Below, one piece after another: positions 1 through 8,255 of a DNA stretch of 62,592 nt. Position numbers and translations under genes: made by a program. The notes below the pieces were generated by a model. The model saw nothing but the letters and a program-made list of their open reading frames with translations. It was not told where the DNA came from and did no database searches. The stretch's first letter is position 1. Every line of letters starts with the position of its first letter. The stretch lies in NCBI GenBank assembly GCA_045600005.1, contig JAZRXB010000296.1:1-62592 (forward strand), read 5' to 3'. This stretch comes from Eubacteriales bacterium. GTDB taxonomy: Bacteria > Bacillota > Clostridia > Oscillospirales > CAG-272.

Positions 1-33
1 CTTTAAGATGACAAACGTTATAATATAATCCGT

Positions 34-62
34 TTTTTATGTCGGCTTTGCCGACATAAAAA
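34..62. repeat. perfect hairpin H1: 13-bp stem TTTTTATGTCGGC/GCCGACATAAAAA with a 3-nt loop
   Basis: Arms 34-46 and 50-62 are exact reverse complements, read directly from the sequence. Confidence 0.9.
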
Positions 63-104
63 CACCTCTAAGGCGAGCCGGGGCGAGCCCTCGCGCCGAA
101 GGGA

Positions 105-129
105 GCCAACAAAACTTTGTTTTGTTGGC
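105..129. repeat. perfect hairpin H2: 11-bp stem GCCAACAAAAC/GTTTTGTTGGC with loop TTT; contains AAAA-N5-TTTT
   Basis: Arms 105-115 and 119-129 are exact reverse complements. Confidence 0.9.
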
Positions 130-146
130 GGCGATAAGCGCGAGTA

Positions 147-174
147 CCGATTGTAAAACGAAGTTTTACAATCG
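147..174. repeat. 28-nt palindromic element, copy 1 (CCGATTGTAAAAC-GAA-GTTTTACAATCG)
   Basis: 12-bp perfect stem with a 3-nt loop. A 26/28 identical copy lies at 32288-32315. Both copies end about 30 nt before a start codon. Confidence 0.85.
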
Positions 175-204
175 ACTACGAATTGCTGAAAAAGGAGAAA
201 GAGA

Positions 205-1758
205 ATGTATTCTGTCATATACTCGGCGGGACTTGTCGGGATCGACGGCTTTCTGGTCAGCGTGGAATGCGACGCGCAGAACAAGATCCCGCAGTTTGAG
301 ATCATCGGGCTGCCGGACGCTTCGATCAAGGAAGCGAAGGACCGGGTAATGTCCGCGTTCCAGAACAGCGGCTTCGATTTTCCCGATACGGCGCTGACCG
401 TCAATCTCGCTCCCGCCGATAAGAAAAAGGCGGGCTCGTCCTTCGATCTGGCGATCATGATCGGCGTGATGAAGACCTGCCGGTATCTTCCCGACGGGCT
501 TGACCTTACATCGTCCTGCTTTATCGGCGAGCTGTCGCTGTCGGGCGAGGTGCGCGGGGTGAACGGCGTTCTGAGTATGTGCCTTGCCGCCAAGAGCGCG
601 GGACTGACGCAGATCTACGTTCCCGCCGCCAACGCGGGAGAGGCTTCGGTCGTGGACGGCGTGAATATTTACGGCGTGTCCGACGTTTCTGAGCTGATCG
701 GGCATCTCAGCGGCAGAAAGCCGATCGCGCCGACCGTGTTCGACCGCGCGATGTTCACGGCGCGGGTCGGGAAGTCGGGGAACGATTTCTCCGAGGTCAA
801 GGGACAGGAAAGGGTCAAGCGCGCGCTTGAGATCGCGGCGGCGGGCGGACACAACATTCTGCTGATAGGACCGCCCGGCACGGGAAAATCCATGCTCGCC
901 AAGCGCATCCCGACGATCCTGCCCGAAATGACCTTTGAGGAAGCCATCGAGACGACCCGGATCCACTCCATCGCGGGCGTTCTGCCGGAGGGCGTTTCGC
1001 TGATCACATCGCGTCCCTTCCGTTCTCCGCATCACACGATGTCCGCTCCCAGTCTGGTCGGCGGCGGAACGAATCCTCAGCCGGGCGAAATATCGCTGTC
1101 CCACAACGGCGTGCTGTTTCTGGACGAGCTGCCCGAATTCGGCAAAAACGTCACTGAGGCGCTTCGTCAGCCGCTCGAAGACCGCAGCGTCACGATCACC
1201 CGGACGAACGGAAAGATCACCTACCCCTGCTCGTTCATGCTCGTCGCGGCGATGAATCCCTGCAAATGCGGCTACTACGGACATCCGACCCGCGCCTGCA
1301 TCTGCAAGCCGGGCGATATCCGCAAATATCTGTCGAAAATCAGCGGACCGTTAATCGACCGGATCGACATTCAGGTCGAGGTGGCGTCGCTCACCTTCGA
1401 TGAGCTGTCGACGCCGGGAACGGGGGAAACCTCCGCCGAGATCCGGCAGAGGGTCAACAAAGCCCGTGCGTTTGCGCGCGAACGCTACGAAAAAGCGGCT
1501 GCCGAGGGAAAAGCGCCGATGATCTGGAGGAACGCGGATATGTCGTCGCGGCATTTCGGGCAGTTCTGCAAAATGGACGACGCGGCGGCCGCGCTGCTGC
1601 GCGGCGCATACGACAGGCTCGGACTGTCGGCGCGCGGATACGACCGTCTGCTCCGGGTCGCGCGGACCATCGCGGACCTTGCCGCGTCCGAACAGATCGA
1701 AGAAAAGCACATCGCCGAAGCCATCCAGCTCCGCAGTCTGGATCGGAAATACTGGTGA
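205..1758 (+). CDS. comM: YifB/ComM-family Mg-chelatase-like AAA+ ATPase
   Basis: N-terminal Lon-like domain (IGLPDASIKEAKDRV), Walker A GPPGTGKSMLAK, Walker B GVLFLDELPEF, and C-terminal RGYDRLLRVARTIADL. RBS AAAGGAG lies upstream. Confidence 0.93.
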   Translation: MYSVIYSAGLVGIDGFLVSVECDAQNKIPQFEIIGLPDASIKEAKDRVMSAFQNSGFDFPDTALTVNLAPADKKKAGSSFDLAIMIGVMKTCRYLPDGLDLTSSCFIGELSLSGEVRGVNGVLSMCLAAKSAGLTQIYVPAANAGEASVVDGVNIYGVSDVSELIGHLSGRKPIAPTVFDRAMFTARVGKSGNDFSEVKGQERVKRALEIAAAGGHNILLIGPPGTGKSMLAKRIPTILPEMTFEEAIETTRIHSIAGVLPEGVSLITSRPFRSPHHTMSAPSLVGGGTNPQPGEISLSHNGVLFLDELPEFGKNVTEALRQPLEDRSVTITRTNGKITYPCSFMLVAAMNPCKCGYYGHPTRACICKPGDIRKYLSKISGPLIDRIDIQVEVASLTFDELSTPGTGETSAEIRQRVNKARAFARERYEKAAAEGKAPMIWRNADMSSRHFGQFCKMDDAAAALLRGAYDRLGLSARGYDRLLRVARTIADLAASEQIEEKHIAEAIQLRSLDRKYW

Positions 1759-1816
1759 AGACGCTTCTTCTCCGCCGCCTGAAAAAGCCGTCGGCATTCG
1801 GACGGCGGAGGACGGC

Positions 1817-2020
1817 TGTGGATTTCCGCCCCGGAGTTTTCAACAGCGCCGAAGCGCGTCTTCACATGGATGTGGAGAAATTTCCCCGCATTCTGTCGGT
1901 TTGTGAAGAAAAAACAGACGGGCAGGGGAGGATATGTGGAGAACGGGGCGGAACAAAGGCTCAAAACGGTCAAAATCAAGCTGAATTATCCACAATCTCC
2001 ACAGGAAAGCCTGTGGAAAA
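1817..2020. promoter_or_regulatory. cluster of DnaA-box-like 9-mers in a non-coding gap
   Basis: Perfect TTATCCACA at 1986-1994. One-mismatch boxes at 1871-1879, 1935-1943 (TGTGGAGAA) and 2012-2020 (TGTGGAAAA). Two-mismatch boxes at 1817-1825 and 1995-2003. Confidence 0.35.
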
Positions 2021-2191
2021 ACTGCTTCGGAACCGTGCGGAAGAGACAGAATTACACAGAGGGAACGATGGAGAACGGGAGAACGGCTCTCCCAAACAGA
2101 CACAGCTTTTCAACAGGATTTCCACCGGGTCGGACACGGCGGCGCCTGTGCGAATCCTTGTGCGGTGAAAACAGAAGAAAGGAAAACAGAG

Positions 2192-3112
2192 ATGAGTGAA
2201 AAAACGGTTTTCACCATGCTGGTCGGCGTACCGGGGAGCGGAAAAAGCCGGCTTGCCGATACGCTGCGGGAGGAAGGGTACGCGGTCCATTCCTCCGACC
2301 GCCTGAGAGAGGAATGGTACGGCGACGAAAGCGTACAGGGACAGCCCGGACCGCTGTTCGACGAACTGCGCAAAAGGGTGAGGGAAGACCTGAAAGGCGG
2401 ACGATCCGTCGTGCTGGATGCGACCAACCTGAGCCGGAAAAGACGGATGGGCTTTCTGCGTGTGCTGAACGGAATTGACTGCCGGAAGGTCTGCATCCCG
2501 GTACTGACGCCGCCCCGTCTGTGTGAGGAACGGGATGCGGGACGCGCACGGACGGTCGGCGCGCCGGTGATCCGGCGGATGCTGGCTTCCTTTGAATGTC
2601 CGACGGCGGGAGAGGGATGGGACGAGGTCCAGCCGTTTGCGTGGCGGGAGAACGATCCGTTTCCGTTTGAGGACGCCCGCCGCTTTGCGCTCGACACGCC
2701 GTGCCATAAGCTGACGCTCGGCGAACATCTCGAAAAGACCGCCCGATACTGCGTCGAACACGGTTTCTCTGAGGAGGTACAGTTGGCGGCGCGGTACCAC
2801 GACTGCGGCAAATACTACATCAAGCGCTTGGTCAGCGCACAGGGCGTTCCGACCGAATACGCGCAGTATGACGGTCACGAAAATTTCAGCTCGTATCTGT
2901 TTCTGACCGAACAGTGCTGCGGCAGAGAACTGACGGCGGAGGCTTTCGCCGGAACGCTCTATGCGGCGAACCTGATCTGCTGGCATATGCACCCGGCAAA
3001 GGTCTGGGATCTTTCCGAGCGGGAACGGCGGTGGGACGAACGCTTTTTAGGCGCGGAAACGATCCGGGACCTGATGCTGCTTCACGAGGCAAATCGTGCC
3101 GCAAGAGAATAA
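2192..3112 (+). CDS. P-loop polynucleotide-kinase-like domain fused to a C-terminal HD phosphohydrolase domain
   Basis: Walker A GVPGSGKS, the LDATNLSRKRR motif typical of the Pnk/AAA_33 clade, and C-terminal LGEHL...YHDCGK...CWHMH histidines. ATG 2192 is preferred over the GTG at 2165. Confidence 0.7.
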   Translation: MSEKTVFTMLVGVPGSGKSRLADTLREEGYAVHSSDRLREEWYGDESVQGQPGPLFDELRKRVREDLKGGRSVVLDATNLSRKRRMGFLRVLNGIDCRKVCIPVLTPPRLCEERDAGRARTVGAPVIRRMLASFECPTAGEGWDEVQPFAWRENDPFPFEDARRFALDTPCHKLTLGEHLEKTARYCVEHGFSEEVQLAARYHDCGKYYIKRLVSAQGVPTEYAQYDGHENFSSYLFLTEQCCGRELTAEAFAGTLYAANLICWHMHPAKVWDLSERERRWDERFLGAETIRDLMLLHEANRAARE

Positions 3113-3139
3113 AAATCGGCAGAAAAACAGAAAAACCAC

Positions 3140-3168
3140 TTGACAAAGCTCCAGTCAGGTGGTATAAT
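3140..3168 (+). promoter_or_regulatory. sigma-A promoter: TTGACA-17-TATAAT with extended -10 TG
   Basis: TTGACA at 3140-3145, 17-nt spacer, TGG-TATAAT at 3163-3168. This leaves a leader of about 115 nt before the ATG at 3288. Confidence 0.8.
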
Positions 3169-3287
3169 ACTTCATATTATGCTTTTGCAAACAAATCCCC
3201 ATATTACTTATCAAAGTATATCACGAATTTGGGGAACTGTCAACCGAATACCGGACTAATTTACAAATTGTTCACAAAAGGAGAGCG

Positions 3288-3998
3288 ATGTCATTGGACG
3301 CACTGACCGTACTGAATCGGATCCTGTCACCGACAGTCGAAAACTGTATGCGGGACGCGGGACAACTCATGGCGCTGAACGATCAGACCGCCGCGTGGGG
3401 ACTGACGCTGACGCAGGAGGAAGCGGCACAGGTCGCGGTCTGCCGGACGAAGGCGCTTCATCTGAACGAGCGGATCGAGGTCGGACTCGGCGCGCTGGAA
3501 AAGCTCACGGCGGTGTTCGCGGCGTCCGGGTACGTCGAACGGTCGGACTGGGCGGAGCTGCTCTGCCGCGTGACCGAAATGTTCTATCAATATAAAACCG
3601 ACATGGAGGACCGGATATCGGACACCGAGCTGATCGCGTATCTTTTCTACTGCTTCGAGCTGGAATGCGGCGGTGATCCGGATCTGACGGAGGAGCGTCT
3701 CGACGAGCTGTGCCGCGGAGAAAATAACGGCGGCTTCTCCTTTGATGAGGAAGACGGCGAAGACGGAGCAGACGGCTGGGAACGGTCGCCGGAACGGTCG
3801 CGCGGGCTGATCGAAGATCTGCTGAACGCTTACCGGACGGTGAAGGAGGGCGTACACTGGCCTGTCAGCACGACCGAGATCGTCTGTCAGCTGACCGCCA
3901 TCCTGCGCGCAAGCGGCGGAAGCACCGAGTATCTGGCGCGGGCGGCGGACGAGCTGACCGCCTATCTGAACGAGAAGGGAGCGGACGAAAATGAATGA
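3288..3998 (+). CDS. hypothetical acidic protein (236 aa), no motif recognised
   Basis: High-GC3 coding bias, RBS AAGGAG upstream, and a D/E-rich stretch FDEEDGEDGADGWE. Confidence 0.75.
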   Translation: MSLDALTVLNRILSPTVENCMRDAGQLMALNDQTAAWGLTLTQEEAAQVAVCRTKALHLNERIEVGLGALEKLTAVFAASGYVERSDWAELLCRVTEMFYQYKTDMEDRISDTELIAYLFYCFELECGGDPDLTEERLDELCRGENNGGFSFDEEDGEDGADGWERSPERSRGLIEDLLNAYRTVKEGVHWPVSTTEIVCQLTAILRASGGSTEYLARAADELTAYLNEKGADENE

Positions 3999-4947
3999 AC
4001 TGACAGCCATGTCGGGTTTTGACGAATCCCGGCTGGAACGGGACAACTACACGCTTTCCCTGTCGGCCGAAGCGCTGCGATGCGGATTCTGTACCGCCGC
4101 GCAGCACGATGCGGTTCAGGCGCAGGCGCTCGATCTGCTCGCTGAGCGTATCCTTCTCTATACCGACGGTCAGTCGACCTCGGTGAAGAACGATACGGCT
4201 TTGCAGCTGTTCCGTTCGATCCTGTACTGCTGCGACCTCTCCATGATGAAGGAACCTGTCGAAAACGCCGCGAAAAGGCTGTTTTCCGACGGTCTCGAAG
4301 CGGTCTTTTACGACGGCATGATCATCGGGAAGGAACTGACGCTGAAAGCGGCCGCCGGACTTCGCACGGTACGTGAGAACCGGATCAGAGCCGACAGCGT
4401 GCCGTACAATCTGCTTCTGAACGCGGATCTATACAAGCTGCTTCAAAGCTACGATCTGCGTTACGACGCGGCGCAAAATCTGATGAAGGTCGATTACGCC
4501 ATGCCGACGGTCAATCGGAACGTGAACGGCATCAGCGGCGTGCTTCATATGCTGACTGAGCTGGAGACCGAAAACCGCTTTGTCGGCACGTTCGACGCGG
4601 CGGAACGTCAGACCCTGTTTGAACGCTGGCACAGAGAACTGGCGACGCCGGGCGCGGAGTGCGTGAACCTCGGCAAGCTCTGTTTCATGACGGCGATCCT
4701 GTCGCTGCTGGCAGGACGGGACGAGCCGTCTCTCGTGATGGGTCCGGCGGACATTGCTTCGCTGACGACGCTCGGCTGTACGGGCGACCAGCCCTACTAC
4801 GCCGCGCTCAACGTGCTGCACCGGCTGAACGAACGGGCGCCCGAACGGTATCTGATGCTGCTGCTCAAAAACAGCCGCGCCGAGCTTACCCAGCTGTTCC
4901 GCGGCGGAGAAAAGGCGCTGCGGTATTTCATCCGGACGGAGAACTGA
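3991..4947 (+). CDS. hypothetical protein (318 aa), no motif recognised
   Basis: The ATG at 3991 overlaps the upstream stop by 8 nt (ATGAATGA), which suggests translational coupling. Coding bias is clear. Confidence 0.75.
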   Translation: MNELTAMSGFDESRLERDNYTLSLSAEALRCGFCTAAQHDAVQAQALDLLAERILLYTDGQSTSVKNDTALQLFRSILYCCDLSMMKEPVENAAKRLFSDGLEAVFYDGMIIGKELTLKAAAGLRTVRENRIRADSVPYNLLLNADLYKLLQSYDLRYDAAQNLMKVDYAMPTVNRNVNGISGVLHMLTELETENRFVGTFDAAERQTLFERWHRELATPGAECVNLGKLCFMTAILSLLAGRDEPSLVMGPADIASLTTLGCTGDQPYYAALNVLHRLNERAPERYLMLLLKNSRAELTQLFRGGEKALRYFIRTEN

Positions 4948-4979
4948 AAAAGAGCGGGGATTTTTCCCCGCTCTTTTTT
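4947..4979. terminator. bidirectional intrinsic terminator
   Basis: A-run, stem AGAGCGGGG (4951-4959) pairing with CCCCGCTCT (4966-4974), then T-run 4975-4979. It sits between convergent genes. Confidence 0.85.
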
Positions 4980-4984
4980 CGTTA

Positions 4985-6229
4985 TTACCGGACCTGTCCG
5001 TCGCCGGTGATGAGATATTTTCCGGTCGTCAGCGCGTCAAGCCCCATCGGTCCGCGCGCGTGGAGCTTCTGCGTCGAGATGCCAAGCTCCGCGCCGAAGC
5101 CGAATTCGCCGCCGTCGGTGAACCGCGTCGAGGCGTTGACATAGACCGCAGCCGCGTCGATCTCGGCGCGGAACCGGGCGGCGTTCGCCATATCTCTCGT
5201 CATGATGCACTCGCTGTGCTTCGTGTTGTAGCGGTTGATGTGCGCGATGGCTTCGTCGATGCCAGACACGACCTTCACCGCAAGGATGTAGTCGTCGTAT
5301 TCGGTCGACCAGTCCTCCTCCTCCGCCGCCTTGCAGCCGAGGATGCGGCAGACCGTTTCGTCTCCGCGGATCTCGAGCGGATGATCGAGCGCAGCCGCGA
5401 ATTTCGGCAGGAAGGCTTCCGCCGCGCTCTCGTGGACCAGCAGGGTCTCGATGGCGTTGCAGACCGACGGGCGGGACAGCTTGGCGTTGCAGGCGACTCT
5501 GACCGCCATGTCGAGGTCGGCGCTCGCGTCAACGTAAAGATGGCAGTTGCCCGCGCCGGTCTCGATGACCGGAACGGACGCATTTTCGACGACGCTGCGG
5601 ATCAGACCCTTTCCGCCGCGCGGGACCAGCAGATCGACCAGTCCGCGCATCTTCATCAGCGCGGTCGAGCTTTCGCGCGACGTGTCGTCGACCAGCGTCA
5701 GCGCGTCGGCTGGAAGTCCGTTTTCGGTCAGCGCGCGGCGCATCAGTCCGACGAGCGCACGGTTGGTGGCGATGGCTTCCTTTCCGCCGCGCAGAACGCA
5801 GGCGTTGCCGGTTTTGAGACAGAGCGCAGCCGCGTCGACCGTGACGTTCGGACGGGCTTCATAGATGATGGCGACCACGCCGAGCGGGACGCGGATATGC
5901 TCGATGACCAGTCCGTTCGGACGGGTCGTGCGGGTGCCGGAGCCGATGGGATCCTCCAAGAGAACCAGCTGACGGAGACTTTCGGCAATACCGGAGATCC
6001 GCTTTTCGTCGAGCTTCAGCCGGTCGAGCATCGGCGCGGGAACGCCGTTTTCGGCGGCGTGCAGAAGGTCGTCCGTATTGGCGGAGAGGATGTCGGCAGT
6101 CTCCTCGCAGAGCAGAGCCGCGATGCGTTCCAGCACGGCGTTTTTGAGCTTTGTTCCCGCGCCCGCCAGCGCGGACTTGGAAGCGTTTGCCGCTTCGCAG
6201 AGAGATTTCACATAAGAGAAGGTTTCCAT
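4985..6229 (-). CDS. proA: gamma-glutamyl phosphate reductase
   Basis: Aldehyde-dehydrogenase fold with the typical ProA C-terminus FGAELGISTQKLHARGPMGLDALTTGKYLITGDGQVR. Confidence 0.95.
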   Translation of the reverse strand: METFSYVKSLCEAANASKSALAGAGTKLKNAVLERIAALLCEETADILSANTDDLLHAAENGVPAPMLDRLKLDEKRISGIAESLRQLVLLEDPIGSGTRTTRPNGLVIEHIRVPLGVVAIIYEARPNVTVDAAALCLKTGNACVLRGGKEAIATNRALVGLMRRALTENGLPADALTLVDDTSRESSTALMKMRGLVDLLVPRGGKGLIRSVVENASVPVIETGAGNCHLYVDASADLDMAVRVACNAKLSRPSVCNAIETLLVHESAAEAFLPKFAAALDHPLEIRGDETVCRILGCKAAEEEDWSTEYDDYILAVKVVSGIDEAIAHINRYNTKHSECIMTRDMANAARFRAEIDAAAVYVNASTRFTDGGEFGFGAELGISTQKLHARGPMGLDALTTGKYLITGDGQVR

Positions 6230-6317
6230 TTCCGATGACCGTTCCTTTCAGGAGTCCGGCAGTACGGCGTTTTTCCGGCGTCTGCCTGTCCGATATTGCG
6301 CCTCGATCCGGGGATCG

Positions 6318-7499
6318 TTACCGTCTGACCAGCGCTTTCATCGCGCGTTCCAGCTCGGAGAGGAAGAAGTCCGCTTCTTCCATCGTATTCTGTCCGCCGA
6401 GGCTCACGCGGATGGTGCAGTCCGCATCGTGAGCGGACAGACCGAACGCCGCCAGCACGTGGCTGCCGTGACCGGTGTTCGACGAGCAGGCGGAACCGCT
6501 CGACACGAAAATGCCCGTACCCGACAGACTGTGAAGCATCGTTTCGCTTCGGATGGAGGGCAGAGTAACGCTGAGGATATGCGGCGCGGCGTTTTCGCCC
6601 GGCAGATTGAGCTTCACGCCGGGAAAACGCGCGCTGTCGGAGAGCGCTTCGATGAGATGCGCGCGGATGAGACGGGTCGATTCGATCTCCGCGTCCCGGC
6701 GGGCGATACCGGCTTTGACCGCCGCGCCGAAGCCGGCGATGCCGATGACGTTTTCCGTGCCGGAGCGCATTCCCTGCTCCTGACCGCCGCCGAAGATGAC
6801 CGGCGTCAGCTTCTTCGCCGTCAGGACCGCCTGAGAGACGCAGAGCGCGCCGACGCCCTTCGGACCGCCGATTTTATGGGAACTGACCGTGATCATGTCC
6901 GCGCCGAGCGACTTTGCGGTGAAGGGGACCTTCATGTAGCCCTGCACGCAGTCGGTGTGCATCAGCGTTTCGGGATTCGCCGCCTTGACGATGGCGGAGA
7001 TGCGGCGGATATCGTAGACCGCGCCGGTCTCGTTGTTGACCAGCATGAAGCTGGCGAGGATCGTGTCGCGGTCCGCCGCGCGTTCGATGAGCGCGTAGTC
7101 CGGCACGCCGCCGACCGTAGGGACGCGGACGATCTCAAAGCCGCGTTCTTCGAGCGCTTTTGCCGTTTCGAGAACGGCGGGATGCTCGCTGTCCGAGATG
7201 AGGATCTTCTTTTTTGTGCGGAAATGCTTCGCCGACGCGGCGCCGGTCAGCGCGAGATTGTCCGCTTCGGTGCCGCTGGCGGTGAAGACGAGCTGCCGCG
7301 CGTCGTTTTTCGTCACGCATTTCACGCCGAGCGACGCGAGAACGGCTTTCCTTGCGTCGGTGACGATATGCTCCGCTTCCACGCCGAGCGTGTGGAGGGA
7401 GGACGGATTGCCGTAGGTCTCCATCGCCGCCGTCATCGCGGTCTTCGCTTCGGCGCAGAGCGGCGTGGTGGCGCTGTTGTCAAAATAGATCGGTTTCAT
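6318..7499 (-). CDS. cysteine desulfurase (NifS/IscS-type class V aminotransferase)
   Basis: IYFDNSATTP N-terminus, PLP-lysine motif SSHKIGGPKGVGAL, and active-site loop SSGSACSS. Confidence 0.92.
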   Translation of the reverse strand: MKPIYFDNSATTPLCAEAKTAMTAAMETYGNPSSLHTLGVEAEHIVTDARKAVLASLGVKCVTKNDARQLVFTASGTEADNLALTGAASAKHFRTKKKILISDSEHPAVLETAKALEERGFEIVRVPTVGGVPDYALIERAADRDTILASFMLVNNETGAVYDIRRISAIVKAANPETLMHTDCVQGYMKVPFTAKSLGADMITVSSHKIGGPKGVGALCVSQAVLTAKKLTPVIFGGGQEQGMRSGTENVIGIAGFGAAVKAGIARRDAEIESTRLIRAHLIEALSDSARFPGVKLNLPGENAAPHILSVTLPSIRSETMLHSLSGTGIFVSSGSACSSNTGHGSHVLAAFGLSAHDADCTIRVSLGGQNTMEEADFFLSELERAMKALVRR

Positions 7500-7507
7500 C
7501 GAAGACG

Positions 7508-8032
7508 TCAGTCCTTATAGGCAAAATACTCAAGGATGGCGGCGACGTCCTCAAGGTGGGATTCATACTTGTCCGCCGAAGCGGTGTAGGTGAAGATATA
7601 CACCTGATTTTTTCGGAACGAAACGAGCTGCATGAACTGATACGCCGTGCCGGACAGCGTACCCGTATAGACGTATTCCTTTGCGACCGTGCCGCCGAGC
7701 AGCGCGTCGTCGCTCGAAACGAGCGTATAATCCGGGAAGACCGCCTTGAAGTCGGCTTCATAGGACGTCCAGTAGTCGTCGATGGAGGTGACGGAGCCGT
7801 CCAGCTCGAACGCCGTGACCGAAACGCTCGACGGGTCGCGTCCGTCGTAGTACGCCGAGGTCATGCCGGTCGAGATATCGGTCGTCCATTCGTCCGGTAC
7901 GTAGAGGTGATAGGTCACGCCTTCGTCCGAGATCTCCTTGAAGCCCATCGGAGCCGAATTGGTCTGTCCGCACGAAACGAGCGTCGTGACGGCGAGAAGG
8001 CACGCCAGTGCGAAGGAAGCTGCTTTTTTCAT
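7508..8032 (-). CDS. putative lipoprotein
   Basis: Signal peptide with lipobox (MKKAASFALACLLAVTTLVS-C-GQ). Only 8 nt separate it from the downstream desulfurase gene. Confidence 0.75.
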   Translation of the reverse strand: MKKAASFALACLLAVTTLVSCGQTNSAPMGFKEISDEGVTYHLYVPDEWTTDISTGMTSAYYDGRDPSSVSVTAFELDGSVTSIDDYWTSYEADFKAVFPDYTLVSSDDALLGGTVAKEYVYTGTLSGTAYQFMQLVSFRKNQVYIFTYTASADKYESHLEDVAAILEYFAYKD

Positions 8033-8225
8033 AGAGGAAAACCATGTCTGCCGCGTCCTTTGCCAGAAGCGGACGCCGACAGCCTTTCTGCGTCATTTTC
8101 CGCGCGGAAACGGGACCGCGCCGGAACAAAATCGTATAGCGTATGGGGAACTCTGAAAATCCAATAAAACAGAATATCCGGAGCTTCCGGTTTTTTATCT
8201 CTCGTGAATCTCCGGCGATATCTTT

Positions 8226-8255
8226 ATTATACACTTTCGGAACGGGGCTTGTCAA
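8226..8255 (-). promoter_or_regulatory. sigma-A promoter (TTGACA-18-TATAAT) for the lipoprotein/desulfurase/proA operon
   Basis: On the minus strand, TTGACA is the complement of 8250-8255 and TATAAT is the complement of 8226-8231. Confidence 0.7.

Noticed and set aside
147-174. Reading the 28-nt palindrome as a CcpA cre site (TGTAAACGCTTACA-like).
   Set aside because: The TGTAAA and TTTACA half-sites are 7 nt apart (19 nt overall) instead of the 14-nt cre consensus with a central CG, so the spacing does not fit.
1817-2020. The possibility that the DnaA-box cluster is the chromosomal origin (oriC).
   Set aside because: There is no dnaA, dnaN or rpmH nearby, no clear AT-rich unwinding element with 13-mer-like repeats, and no switch in gene-strand bias here. 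Only a non-origin DnaA-box cluster is proposed, and only at low confidence.
1755-2168. A 137-aa ORF (GTG start) that fills the comM/kinase-HD gap.
   Set aside because: Third-position GC is much lower than in neighbouring genes. There is no RBS, it overlaps the comM stop, and its composition is unlike real proteins here. I treat the region as non-coding.
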